A DNA stretch of 63,732 nucleotides, filler included, from an uncultured Clostridia bacterium (GTDB lineage: Bacteria > Aerophobota > Aerophobia > Aerophobales > B3-G15): the NCBI GenBank assembly GCA_964482715.1. It is 3 parts of 3 records of this genome, joined end to end, with 100 filler letters (N's around TTAATTAATTAA, not from the genome) between each part and the next. Parts side by side here need not be neighbours in the genome. Positions count along the whole stretch, not along the records: positions 1 to 25,672 come from CAYZYX010000027.1; positions 25,773 to 50,680 come from CAYZYX010000028.1; 1 more part is not named here. One strand, written 5' to 3'. The notes beneath the pieces are model-generated. The model had not been told where the DNA came from, ran no database searches, and was given only the letters and a program-made list of their open reading frames with translations. The translations under genes and the position numbers were made by a program. How positions within the stretch are numbered: the first letter of the stretch is position 1; every line of letters begins with the position of its first letter. Below are positions 21,348 through 30,386 of the stretch, in pieces.

Positions 21348-23535
21348 ATATTTCTCGATAATATTTTATCTTTATGGGAGAAGAGCCTCTGTCTATTACA
21401 GCTTTTATTTTTCTTTCCGCTACAACTTTTCCACCTCTAATCACTCTTCCCGCAGAAACTGCAGTAAAACAGTTGCTTCTGACAGTAATTAAATTAGAGA
21501 TTTTCCTCAATATAGCCTCTCTCTCATCATCTTCGTCCACATACCCATCTTCATCGTCATCAAGACCATTGAATCCAAGCTTTTGCATTCCCCTTACTTC
21601 GGCAATTTCTCCTATTTCATCAAATGGACCATCTTTACCATCACAGTAATCTATAATCTGTTCAGCTAACTTAGAATCTATGTAAGGTAAAGACTCAAGT
21701 ACTTTTTTGCTGGCTGTATTTATGTTTATTCTTCCCCTCACCGGCTTTTCCACCGGCCAGGAGACAGTTATTCTATCAAGTACCCTCCATTCTCCCCCAT
21801 TTCCCAGATTCACTGTTTTCCATTGTTTTCCTGTATGTATATATCCAATTTCACCAATAGAGGCAAAGGGTTTATTTTTCACATAAAAACTGGTCTCGGC
21901 CTGTTCAGGTTTCACTTCCCCTACTCTTGGCATGTAGTACCAGTTCCGAAACCAGGGACTACCTCCGGGAATAGTTCCCACAAATTCTCTAACTCTGGGA
22001 TCATTTTTTTCAAAGGCTCTCCAGGGAAAACCATAATTTTCGTAGGTAACCTCATCTACTTTAACGCCTTTAAGGTTAAAAAGCTCTACTGTATCACCAA
22101 AATTGTCTAAAAGTTCCTTTCCTATAGTCTTTTCCGGCATTTTTATCACTACATTAATTACCAGCCAGTACCCTCTGCCTGGAACAACTCCAAAAAGACT
22201 GCGCTTCCTGAGAGAAGTTTTTATCTTCCATCCAACAAGAGGACAGATAGAAGGATAAGGATTATAAAGTTCGATCCATTCGATCTCTATATCCATTTTA
22301 AAACTTCCCTCACTGGCATAAGCGACTTTTTGTGACCACAGTTGCCAGAAAGAGGCTTTTTTTCTTTCATTGGCCGATTTGTATTTTTCTATGGTTTTAT
22401 TCACCTGATCTATAAGTTCTCCCTCGTATCTGGAAGTAACCTCATCAATCGCCTTTTCCAGTGTGGGCATTATATATTTTCCTGCCTTCTCCCCCACTCT
22501 TTTTCTAATTTCCTCTTTTGCCCTGTCTTTTGCATATTTTACGCCACCCTTAATAAGCTCAGTAACTGCCATAAGGACCGAGGTAGTAAAAAAAGGCATC
22601 ACTTCATTGATGTAGGGTGTCCTTTCTATACCCAGTTTCCCTTTGTAACTGGTTGGATCGTTATCTTTGTCCCGAAAGTCTACGATATTTACAGCTATCT
22701 GGGCTGCTTCATTTTCATCTAATCCCGCTTTCTCAAGAACTCTGGCGATTTTATCAGGCGAGGCATGATTTATATTAACTCTTAAATTACCATCACGATC
22801 AATATTTTTATCATAAGAATAAACAGTGATATAATTTTTCAATTGATTAAAGGTGACCTCCCCAATTCCTGGAATAAGTCTTAACTCATCCAGGGTTTCA
22901 AAAGGATTATCGTCTCCTTGCGGATTTTCGGGACGGAATTCATCAGGTTCATCAACTCCTTCATTTTCTTCATCTATTTCCCCATCAGAATCATTATCTA
23001 TGCCATCTGTGGATAGCAAATTATTGTCTTTATCATCATCGACCCCCTTTTTACCCGGTGCTCCATCAGGACCATATCTGTAGTTGAGGATAGCCTCCAG
23101 TTTTCTTTCATCAATTCCCTCGAGGACTCTTATATCAAGTTCATGGGGACTCAATCCTTCATTAAAAGTACCCTTTCCGATTACATTGATGTTTAATTTC
23201 GAACCTTCATCTACAATACCGACTTCTTTTTGTTCACTATCTTTCGAGATAAGTTCGATATCGTAGTAACCCGGGCCAAGTTCTTCCTTGAATCCTTTAG
23301 CCCAGGGCTCATACAGGTCATCATAATGATTGTTATCATTTTTCAATTCGGCAATTGCTCTTTCTATTCCCGCCTGAGCTATGTAATAAGCATTTAAGGC
23401 ATCCTGATAATTGGAGGTTGCTTCTTGCTCGATTCTCATACGATAAAGGTAACTAAAAAAGATAGTCATAAGCATCATAAACACAAAGAAAACAATAATC
23501 ATTGCCACCTGTCCTTCTTCGCTCATCCTAACCAT
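21337..23535 (-). CDS. GspK/PilX-like pseudopilin with helix-hairpin-helix, Asp-rich Ca-binding repeats and lamin-tail domain
   Basis: EEG|QVAMIIVFF prepilin-like N-terminus, AYYIAQAGIERA, DEGSKLNIN, ELRLIPGIGE, RININTAS..LESLP, INEVMP/EWIELYNP, ITVRSNCF...IKAVIDR. The true start is 23535 or 23526; the ORF-track start at 23571 lies inside the terminator. Confidence 0.75.
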   Translation of the reverse strand: MVRMSEEGQVAMIIVFFVFMMLMTIFFSYLYRMRIEQEATSNYQDALNAYYIAQAGIERAIAELKNDNNHYDDLYEPWAKGFKEELGPGYYDIELISKDSEQKEVGIVDEGSKLNINVIGKGTFNEGLSPHELDIRVLEGIDERKLEAILNYRYGPDGAPGKKGVDDDKDNNLLSTDGIDNDSDGEIDEENEGVDEPDEFRPENPQGDDNPFETLDELRLIPGIGEVTFNQLKNYITVYSYDKNIDRDGNLRVNINHASPDKIARVLEKAGLDENEAAQIAVNIVDFRDKDNDPTSYKGKLGIERTPYINEVMPFFTTSVLMAVTELIKGGVKYAKDRAKEEIRKRVGEKAGKYIMPTLEKAIDEVTSRYEGELIDQVNKTIEKYKSANERKKASFWQLWSQKVAYASEGSFKMDIEIEWIELYNPYPSICPLVGWKIKTSLRKRSLFGVVPGRGYWLVINVVIKMPEKTIGKELLDNFGDTVELFNLKGVKVDEVTYENYGFPWRAFEKNDPRVREFVGTIPGGSPWFRNWYYMPRVGEVKPEQAETSFYVKNKPFASIGEIGYIHTGKQWKTVNLGNGGEWRVLDRITVSWPVEKPVRGRININTASKKVLESLPYIDSKLAEQIIDYCDGKDGPFDEIGEIAEVRGMQKLGFNGLDDDEDGYVDEDDEREAILRKISNLITVRSNCFTAVSAGRVIRGGKVVAERKIKAVIDRGSSPIKIKYYREIYEE

Positions 23536-23548
23536 AGAACATCCAAAC

Positions 23549-23580
23549 AAAAAACCCGTCCTATTCGACATAGAACGGGT
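23549..23580 (-). terminator. Intrinsic terminator (riboswitch expression platform)
   Basis: Minus strand: ACCCGTTCTAT-GTCGA-ATAGGACGGGT followed by TTTTTGTTT. Confidence 0.85.
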
Positions 23581-23596
23581 CCTTGAAAATTCCAGA

Positions 23597-23692
23597 GTAA
23601 GATAGCTTCGGTAGCCTGGCAGCCCTTTTTAAAAGGGCCCATAGCTTTGTGCCCTATTCTCGTCGAATAGTTTACCCTTTCGGCTATCTTAC
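23597..23692 (-). ncRNA. Cyclic di-GMP-I (GEMM) riboswitch aptamer
   Basis: Minus strand reads GTAAGATAGC-CGAAAGGGTAAA-CTATTC GACGA GAATAG-GGCACAAAGCTATGGGCCC..GGGCTGCCAGGCTACCGAA-GCTATCTTAC. This matches the GGGYAAAC..GGRCGCAAAGC..GGYAGC..GYURCCGA consensus, with a perfect 10-bp P1. Confidence 0.92.
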
Positions 23693-23701
23693 CATATAAA
23701 A

Positions 23702-24688
23702 CTATTTCAAAATGGCATAGCTTTCGAAAGCTTCCATTAAGGGATAAGAATCTTGAGAATTTATCAGATTATAAGGAATATCACCGACTCCATCTTGATC
23801 GTTATCCAGAAATATGTAATCACTCCAGTAATTACCAAGATAATTTATGAAAGTTTTACCCTTAAAGACATATTTTATTTTTGATCCAGAATAGAATCTG
23901 GAATAGTAGTTTCCGCAAGATGATTCTTTATTGTCAACAAAATTGTTGAGATAAACAAGATTATTCTGGGTTTCAGAATCAATACTGATACCTCGCCCTT
24001 CGTTATTTTTAACCAAGTTGTTTTTTATTATGTTATTTCCTCCTTTTCCCTTTAATAAAATAGCATCTCCTTCATTATCAAAAATTCTGTTATTTTCAAC
24101 CATGCTGTTCCACGAGCGAAGCATACAAATACCATCCTGAGAATTATTGAAAATCAAATTATCCCTGATAATGTTTTTTCGATTAGAACTATTCAGATAA
24201 GCAAAAAAGATACCATATTTATTTTCAGACAGCTTATTGTCTTTTAATATGTTGTTTCGTGAATCAATCAGCAGGATGCCATAACCATTGCCGAGAAAAA
24301 TGTTTTCAGAAATAACGTTAAAAGAAGCAGTTTGGAGACACACTCCAGCAGATAGTTTATTCCCGATCTCTTGAGAAGTATTGATTAAGGTAAATCCTGA
24401 AATAATCACGTATTTACCTGTTATAACAAAAATATGATGACCGGTACTTTTAGCTCTGACAAAAGTGTTTTTTGCTCCCGCTACCGATCTTATAGTAATA
24501 TAGTCTTTATCTACCCTGATATTTTCCACGTATTCGCCTGGCTTAACAATAATAACATCACCCTTTTTTGCCTTCTCAACAGCTTCTTGAATGGTCTGAC
24601 AATCATCCGGCACAAAAATAGTTCCCGCGGTAGCGAAAACAGACAAACATAAAAATGAGAAGATAAAGCCAATTATTTTTCCTGCCAC
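23702..24688 (-). CDS. Secreted parallel beta-helix protein (NosD/CASH domain)
   Basis: Signal peptide, VPDDCQTIQEAV, GEYVENI, repeated 'N.I..N....N..GI.L', C-terminal GNYWSDY...D.DGVGD.PY...DSYPL. Confidence 0.85.
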   Translation of the reverse strand: MAGKIIGFIFSFLCLSVFATAGTIFVPDDCQTIQEAVEKAKKGDVIIVKPGEYVENIRVDKDYITIRSVAGAKNTFVRAKSTGHHIFVITGKYVIISGFTLINTSQEIGNKLSAGVCLQTASFNVISENIFLGNGYGILLIDSRNNILKDNKLSENKYGIFFAYLNSSNRKNIIRDNLIFNNSQDGICMLRSWNSMVENNRIFDNEGDAILLKGKGGNNIIKNNLVKNNEGRGISIDSETQNNLVYLNNFVDNKESSCGNYYSRFYSGSKIKYVFKGKTFINYLGNYWSDYIFLDNDQDGVGDIPYNLINSQDSYPLMEAFESYAILK

Positions 24689-25672
24689 AGGGCCACCTCA
24701 TAATGTCTTGCCCAGGAGGGAAAAGATTCATCACTATCTTTTAAAGCTTCATCATAATGCACAGTACCGTTACCCGAGATGTAAATCTTGTTACCCAAAA
24801 GTGCCCCATAAACCCCTCCATTTCCAACTACATCTATTTCAGCCTTTCGGGCATAAACCACCCCGTAAAAATCGGCATTACCCACAAAGTTGATTTCCTT
24901 ACACTGATCGGTGCCATAGATAGTTAAGGTTGTGGGATCCTTATTACAATTTACTATCCCGTTTCCAGCCACCTTCATATTCCCCCCCACATAGAAAGTA
25001 GCCGAGCAACCTGTTGCTATTTCTATTACACCATTTCCACTTACATCTACTTCAATCTGTACATCACTTTCCACATAAAAAACGACGTCAGCATTTATCT
25101 TAATTACACCATTTCCTGATACACTGATAGAATCATATTTATAAATCCCTGGGTTATTGAACTCCACTACATTATTAGCTTTTACTTCTAACGATGTTCC
25201 TGAGTAATCATAGTCAATATGTGATGGAGGGATTACTTCCGGAAGTTCCACCTCAGAATTTATCGCCTCTTTAGATCCTGTAATTTTAGCATTATCAGTA
25301 ATTGAAATAGCTACCGATGGATCTCCCCCCGGACCTACCATTGCATCTCCAAAAATAGAAGCATTGTCAGTCAGACTCACCGTACCTGGTGATATTGAAT
25401 TTGTACCAATAGTAGCGCTGGAACTTGCATATGAAATACCAAGGGCCTCATCCACACTGGTGGCCTGATCTTCATAACTTCCAAGGCGGGAATCATAACT
25501 ATCTATATAAACATTTTCAATAATTTCAATCCCGCCCTTGTCGGCAAAAAGTGCATAATCAAAAACGTCATAGAGATCTCTTTCCATTGTAACTTCAACT
25601 CTGCGGACCACACGTCCTGCAATATTTATTCCGGGAGCATACCCACTTGCTTCAATAGTCACCGTATCCTCC
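24673..25672 (-). CDS. 5'-truncated PilX-like / beta-solenoid surface protein (runs into the assembly gap)
   Basis: TIEASG..VRRVEV, FDYALFA, IDSYDS, repeated (V/I)SGNG/VGNG turns, VHYDEAL, C-terminal WQE. The frame is open to the N-run. Confidence 0.65.
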
Positions 25673-25772
25673 NNNNNNNNNNNNNNNNNNNNNNNNNNNN
25701 NNNNNNNNNNNNNNNNTTAATTAATTAANNNNNNNNNNNNNNNNNNNNNNNNNNNNNNNNNNNNNNNNNNNN
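25673..25772. other. Artificial contig-joining spacer
   Basis: 44 N + TTAATTAATTAA (stops in all six frames) + 44 N. Confidence 0.97.
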
Positions 25773-25837
25773 CATTGACATGTTCGCCTTTTTCTATAAA
25801 TATACAATGTAAAAAGTAAAACCTAAGGAGTGGGTCT

Positions 25838-26770
25838 ATGCCTATCCACAGATACCCTCGAGATCTTGTCAAGAGATTCCCTGGAAATCCTATTATTACC
25901 CCTGATGACATCCCCTTTCCCTGTAACACAGTATTTAATGCGGGAGCCATCAAATTTAAAAACGAGTATATTTTGCTCCTCCGGGTAGAACTACTGGAAG
26001 GAAAATCTTGTTTTGTCCTTGCCAGAAGCAAAGACGGATATGACTTTGAAGTAGAAAAAGAACCCATAATGCTTCCAAGTCAAGAAGAACCTTTTGTTAC
26101 TTATGAGAAAAGAGGAATAGAAGACCCACGAATCACCCCTTTTGAAGACAAATTCTACATTTTTTATACAGCCTATTCGCGCTACGGACCAAGAATTGCG
26201 CTGGCAGAAACAAGAGATTTTAAAGAATATAAACGTATTGCCCTGGTATCTCAGCCCGGCAATAAAGATGCTGTCCTTTTCCCAGGAAAGATAAATGATC
26301 TTTTTATCCGCTTTGACAGACCTTCCACAGGAACAAAATCAGATATGTGGATTTCCTATTCTCCAAATTTAATTTATTGGGGTAACTCTCAAGTGGTTAT
26401 GGAGATACGCCCCGGATTCTGGGACTCAGACAAAATAGGAGCGGGGACACCGCCCATAGAAACTGAAGCAGGGTGGCTGGAAATCTATCATGGTGTAAAA
26501 GGTACCTCTGGAGGTCGAATCTATAGACTTGGATGTGCCCTTTTTGATCTAAATGACCCTTCTAAGCTGATTGGCAGATCCAGAATCCCCGTTATCTCTC
26601 CCCGAGAACCGTACGAAAGAACTGGAGATGTCCCCAATGTGGTATTCACCTGTGGAGCAATAGTTGAAGACACCAGGGAAATTAAAATCTACTATGGGGC
26701 AGCTGACACCTGTATATGCATTGGAACCTGCCACTTAAACGACCTTATAGAAAGCTGTCTTCAGCCTTAA
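25838..26770 (+). CDS. Glycoside hydrolase family 130 (beta-mannoside phosphorylase-like)
   Basis: NPII.P, VFNAGA, GIEDPRI, NKDAVLFP, KIGAGTPP, YHGV, GDVPNVVF.CG, YYGAADT. Confidence 0.92.
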   Translation: MPIHRYPRDLVKRFPGNPIITPDDIPFPCNTVFNAGAIKFKNEYILLLRVELLEGKSCFVLARSKDGYDFEVEKEPIMLPSQEEPFVTYEKRGIEDPRITPFEDKFYIFYTAYSRYGPRIALAETRDFKEYKRIALVSQPGNKDAVLFPGKINDLFIRFDRPSTGTKSDMWISYSPNLIYWGNSQVVMEIRPGFWDSDKIGAGTPPIETEAGWLEIYHGVKGTSGGRIYRLGCALFDLNDPSKLIGRSRIPVISPREPYERTGDVPNVVFTCGAIVEDTREIKIYYGAADTCICIGTCHLNDLIESCLQP

Positions 26771-27001
26771 TCAGGACTTATTCTTTGAGGAAAAAGGAAC
26801 TTCTTCTTCTATCCGAACAGAAGCGCTGGTAACCACATCATATGCGGGTGCTTTCTTTTCTTTCACCAGAGCTGTTTTTATTGTTCTTTTTAAGGAAGAG
26901 AGCATTTTAAATGTCTCTTCTGGAAATTTAACCAGAGATAAAAAAACTACCAGCATCATCCCTATAAACCCAAAGGTTAAAAGTCTTAAAGATTTCCTCA
27001 T
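26771..27001 (-). CDS. Small hypothetical membrane protein
   Basis: Overlaps the upstream stop after GGAGGAGG; one hydrophobic helix; 'YDVVTSAS' tail. Confidence 0.55.
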   Translation of the reverse strand: MRKSLRLLTFGFIGMMLVVFLSLVKFPEETFKMLSSLKRTIKTALVKEKKAPAYDVVTSASVRIEEEVPFSSKNKS

Positions 27002-27786
27002 TTACCTCCTCCGGCTGGTAAATTAAATTTTGAAATCTTGTTTTCATCTTTTATAACTCCGAGGGGGTAGTAAGGTATCATATGTTCCTCCAACCATTTA
27101 AGAGCTTCAAGGGGAGAAAGTCGCCAACAGGTAGGACAGGGAGAAAGAATTTCCACCAGCGAGAATTTTTCTTTTTCTATCTGGAGCAAAAACGCTTTCT
27201 TTATAGCTTTTTTTGTCTTTCTTATGTTAGCCGGATTATTTACAGCTACTCTCTCTAAATAGTAAACCCCTTCAAGACTTGCCAGAAGTTCGGGTATCTT
27301 TATGGGATAACCTTCAACTCTGGCTCTTCTTCCAAATGGGGTAGTAGTCGTTTTTTGGCCTAAGAGCGTAGTGGGGGCCATCTGCCCCCCGGTCATACCA
27401 TAGGTAGCATTGTTGATAAAGATAACCGTAAAAGCCTCACCTCTTGCTGCAGCATGGATTATTTCAGCAATTCCAATAGAAGCAAGGTCTCCATCTCCCT
27501 GATAGGTAAAAACTACCCTGTCCGGAAGATATCTCTTTATTCCGGTTGCTACAGCCGGGGCTCTGCCATGAGCAACCTCCACCATATCAAAATCAAAATA
27601 ATCATAAGCTACCACAGAGCAACCTACTGGACATATTCCGATTAATTTTTCTCTAATTCCCAGCTCATCCACCACCTCACATATAAGACGATGAATAATT
27701 CCATGACCACATCCAGGACAGTAATGAAAGATGTTGTCTTTCAGGGATAAGGGCTTTTTGAATTTTATTTCCATCACTTTCTCCAA
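26998..27786 (-). CDS. 2-oxoacid:ferredoxin oxidoreductase beta subunit (TPP-binding)
   Basis: YCPGCGHG, VGCS, HGRAPAVATG, QGDGD..., NNATYGMTGGQMAPTT, SPCPT. Confidence 0.93.
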   Translation of the reverse strand: MEKVMEIKFKKPLSLKDNIFHYCPGCGHGIIHRLICEVVDELGIREKLIGICPVGCSVVAYDYFDFDMVEVAHGRAPAVATGIKRYLPDRVVFTYQGDGDLASIGIAEIIHAAARGEAFTVIFINNATYGMTGGQMAPTTLLGQKTTTTPFGRRARVEGYPIKIPELLASLEGVYYLERVAVNNPANIRKTKKAIKKAFLLQIEKEKFSLVEILSPCPTCWRLSPLEALKWLEEHMIPYYPLGVIKDENKISKFNLPAGGGK

Positions 27787-28277
27787 CCTTTCAAAGTTAA
27801 ATTCACAAGCTCTGCACCTATCATTTGGCCAACTTTTTTTATGGCCTCTTCTTCGGTTTGAAGAGAACCAGTTTTTAACATTGAATATGTAGCATACTTG
27901 CTTATCTTTTCTTTCCAGATAGTCTCATTATCCCTCCTGGAAAATAAAGTAACTAAAACTTCTATTCTTACCCTGTATTCACTTATGTCACTTGTTATTT
28001 CTATTAAAGGCTCTGTGGTATACTGGATAATTGTCCCCTTTAAAATATAATCCGATTTTCCCTCCTCCACAATTTCCATACCAGTTTTTAGCATAAATTG
28101 ATTTATAACCTCCTCAGTAATAACTGTTGCCAGATCTTCCTTAAAAGTATCATTAACAAATAAAGGTATAGCTATCCTGGATGTTGAAGAGGGAAGAGGA
28201 GCTTGCACTTTGTATTCACATCCTGAAAGAATAGCAACAAATGTTCCCATAAGCAGCATAGCTATTATTTTCATCAT
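27774..28277 (-). CDS. LptE-family lipoprotein
   Basis: Lipobox LSGC, IAIPLFVNDT, DYILKGTI, EYRVRI. Confidence 0.75.
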   Translation of the reverse strand: MMKIIAMLLMGTFVAILSGCEYKVQAPLPSSTSRIAIPLFVNDTFKEDLATVITEEVINQFMLKTGMEIVEEGKSDYILKGTIIQYTTEPLIEITSDISEYRVRIEVLVTLFSRRDNETIWKEKISKYATYSMLKTGSLQTEEEAIKKVGQMIGAELVNLTLKGWRK

Positions 28278-28285
28278 TCAAAATA

Positions 28286-29056
28286 CTACTCGGCTTTTTT
28301 TCCTTTACTACCTTTAAGAGTAATTTGATTAAAGGCTTTGAGAAGCTCAAGTGGAAGAGGAAAAATAATAGTAGAATTTTGTTCGGTTGCTATTTCTGAT
28401 AAAGTCTGCAGGTACCTTAACTGGATGGCTTGAGGATATTCACCAATAATCTGGGCTGCCTGAGACAGTTTCTCCGCAGCCTGATACTCTCCCTGGGCTG
28501 ATATTATTTTTGCCCTCCTTTCTCTTTCCACCTCTGCCTGTCTTGCCATTGCCCTTTTCATTGAGTCAGGAATCTCTATTTCCTTTACCTCTACTGTTGA
28601 AACTTTGATTCCCCAGGGATCGGTTTGTTGGTCAATTATATTCTGAAGACGCTCATTGAGTTTTTCTCTTTGAGAGAGAAGTTCATCAAGTTCAGCCTCA
28701 CCTACAACTCCTCTGAGTGTGGTTTGAGCAATCTGCAGGGTTGCAAAACGATAATTTTCAACTTCCACTACCGATTTAGCCGGATCAATTACACGAAAAT
28801 AAACTACCGCATTTACCTTGACAGGAACATTGTCTTTGGTTATGACTTCCTGAGGTTGAACATCAAAATTTATAGTTCTAAGGCTCACTTTAACCATCCT
28901 ATCCACTATAGGTATGAGAAAAAAAAGTCCCGGACCTTTAACTCCAATAAGTCTTCCCAATCTAAAGATAACCCCTCGTTCGTACTCAGTAACCACCCTT
29001 ATAGAGGCAAGAAGTATTATAATAACTACAATCACCAAAAATACAATTACTCCCAT
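28286..29056 (-). CDS. SPFH/stomatin (slipin) protein
   Basis: [52 protein letters not shown] at 29056 follows AGGAGG. Confidence 0.93.
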   Translation of the reverse strand: MGVIVFLVIVVIIILLASIRVVTEYERGVIFRLGRLIGVKGPGLFFLIPIVDRMVKVSLRTINFDVQPQEVITKDNVPVKVNAVVYFRVIDPAKSVVEVENYRFATLQIAQTTLRGVVGEAELDELLSQREKLNERLQNIIDQQTDPWGIKVSTVEVKEIEIPDSMKRAMARQAEVERERRAKIISAQGEYQAAEKLSQAAQIIGEYPQAIQLRYLQTLSEIATEQNSTIIFPLPLELLKAFNQITLKGSKGKKAE

Positions 29057-29057
29057 T

Positions 29058-30386
29058 TTAACCCTCCTTTTTTTTAACAAAAAGCTTCATTCCTTCTATC
29101 TTTAAAACCTTCACCTCCTCTCCAGCCTTAATTACTTTTTCGGGAACGGTATTTTCAGCATTCCAGAGTTCTCCATGAATATAAACTTTACCCCTGGGAT
29201 TAAGATCAGTTCTGGCAACCCCTACTTTACCGATTAATCCCTCTTCACCGGTTACCGGGGGTTTCAGTTGAGCTCTTACAGCATAAAAGATAATAAAGAC
29301 AAAAAGTAAAGCCGTTATCCCTACTCCGGCAACAATATACTCCCAGCCTATGCTAAGGTAAATAGCTGATGGTTCAATAAGCATCAAAGAACCCAGAGTA
29401 AGAGCTATAATTCCTCCAATAGTAAGAGCACCGTACGAGGTTATTTTTACCTCCAGTATGAAAAGAATCACCGCCAGAAGAATAAGTAAAAGACCTGTTA
29501 GATTGAAAGGAAGAATCTGAAGAGCAAAGAAAGATAAAATTAAACAAATTGCTCCTGCTATCCCTGGAAGTAAGATCCCGGGGTTAAAAAACTCCAGGAT
29601 TATTCCCCATATGCCAATCATTAAAAGTACATAAGCCAGGTTGGGATCAGAAAGCTTCTGGAGGAATTTGTCCTTGAATCTCTGTTCGTAGATATAAAGC
29701 TTTGCTCCCTTTGTATTGAGAACAATTTCCCTGTCATCTATAGAAATTTTTCTGCCCTGCAATCTGTGCAGAAGTTCCTCTTCGTTTTCGGCAATAATAT
29801 CGGCTACTCCTAATTTTAAGGCTTCTTCGGCTGTAGCTGAAACACTTTTTCTTACAGTTTTTTCAGCCCACTCCACATTTCTCTTTCTTTTTTCGGCAAT
29901 AGCTCTGATATAAGCTGCAGCGTCATTTACCACCTTTTCCTCCATAGTTTCATCCATTCCACCCAAGAGTGACACTGGGTGAGCAGCACCAATATTAGTT
30001 CCCGGAGCCATGGCCAGGATGTGAGAAGAAAGAGCAATAAAAACACCAGCAGAAGCTGCTCTCGCACCCCTGGGAGCAATGTACACAACCACTGGTATTT
30101 CGCTGTTCATTATAAGTTTAACTATCTCTCGCATGGAGATATCCAGCCCTCCTGGAGTGTCCAGCTGAACAATGATACAATAAACATTCTTATCCTTAGC
30201 CTGGGTTAAAGCCTTTTTAAAATACTCGACGGTGGCAGGAGAGATAGTCCCCTCCATCTTCACCAGCCATACTTGAGAGGTTGCGCTATCTCCAGGCAGA
30301 AGAGATGAAAATAATAACCACCCACCTATCACAAAGAGCCAAAACTTAAATTTCAGTCTATTTTTTTTCTTCAAGAAAATGTTCAC
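29058..30386 (-). CDS. nfeD: NfeD membrane-bound serine protease (long form)
   Basis: [22 protein letters not shown] region, C-terminal OB fold [12 protein letters not shown]. Paired with the slipin gene. Confidence 0.92.
   Translation of the reverse strand: MNIFLKKKNRLKFKFWLFVIGGWLLFSSLLPGDSATSQVWLVKMEGTISPATVEYFKKALTQAKDKNVYCIIVQLDTPGGLDISMREIVKLIMNSEIPVVVYIAPRGARAASAGVFIALSSHILAMAPGTNIGAAHPVSLLGGMDETMEEKVVNDAAAYIRAIAEKRKRNVEWAEKTVRKSVSATAEEALKLGVADIIAENEEELLHRLQGRKISIDDREIVLNTKGAKLYIYEQRFKDKFLQKLSDPNLAYVLLMIGIWGIILEFFNPGILLPGIAGAICLILSFFALQILPFNLTGLLLILLAVILFILEVKITSYGALTIGGIIALTLGSLMLIEPSAIYLSIGWEYIVAGVGITALLFVFIIFYAVRAQLKPPVTGEEGLIGKVGVARTDLNPRGKVYIHGELWNAENTVPEKVIKAGEEVKVLKIEGMKLFVKKKEG

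Noticed and set aside
23536-23571. ORF-track N-terminal extension MSNRTGFLFGCS of the GspK-like gene
   Set aside because: It lies within the riboswitch terminator hairpin and U tract; the downstream ATGs give a proper prepilin-like start.
23597-23692. 3',3'-cGAMP (GEMM-Ib) specificity
   Set aside because: The discriminator position reads G (AGGGUAAAC), not A, so c-di-GMP is favoured; this still needs experimental confirmation.
25673-25772. TTAATTAATTAA palindrome inside N-runs (also 50681-50780) and the ORFs 25717-26067 and 50733-50921 that cross them
   Set aside because: This is an artificial six-frame-stop linker used to concatenate contigs, not biological sequence.
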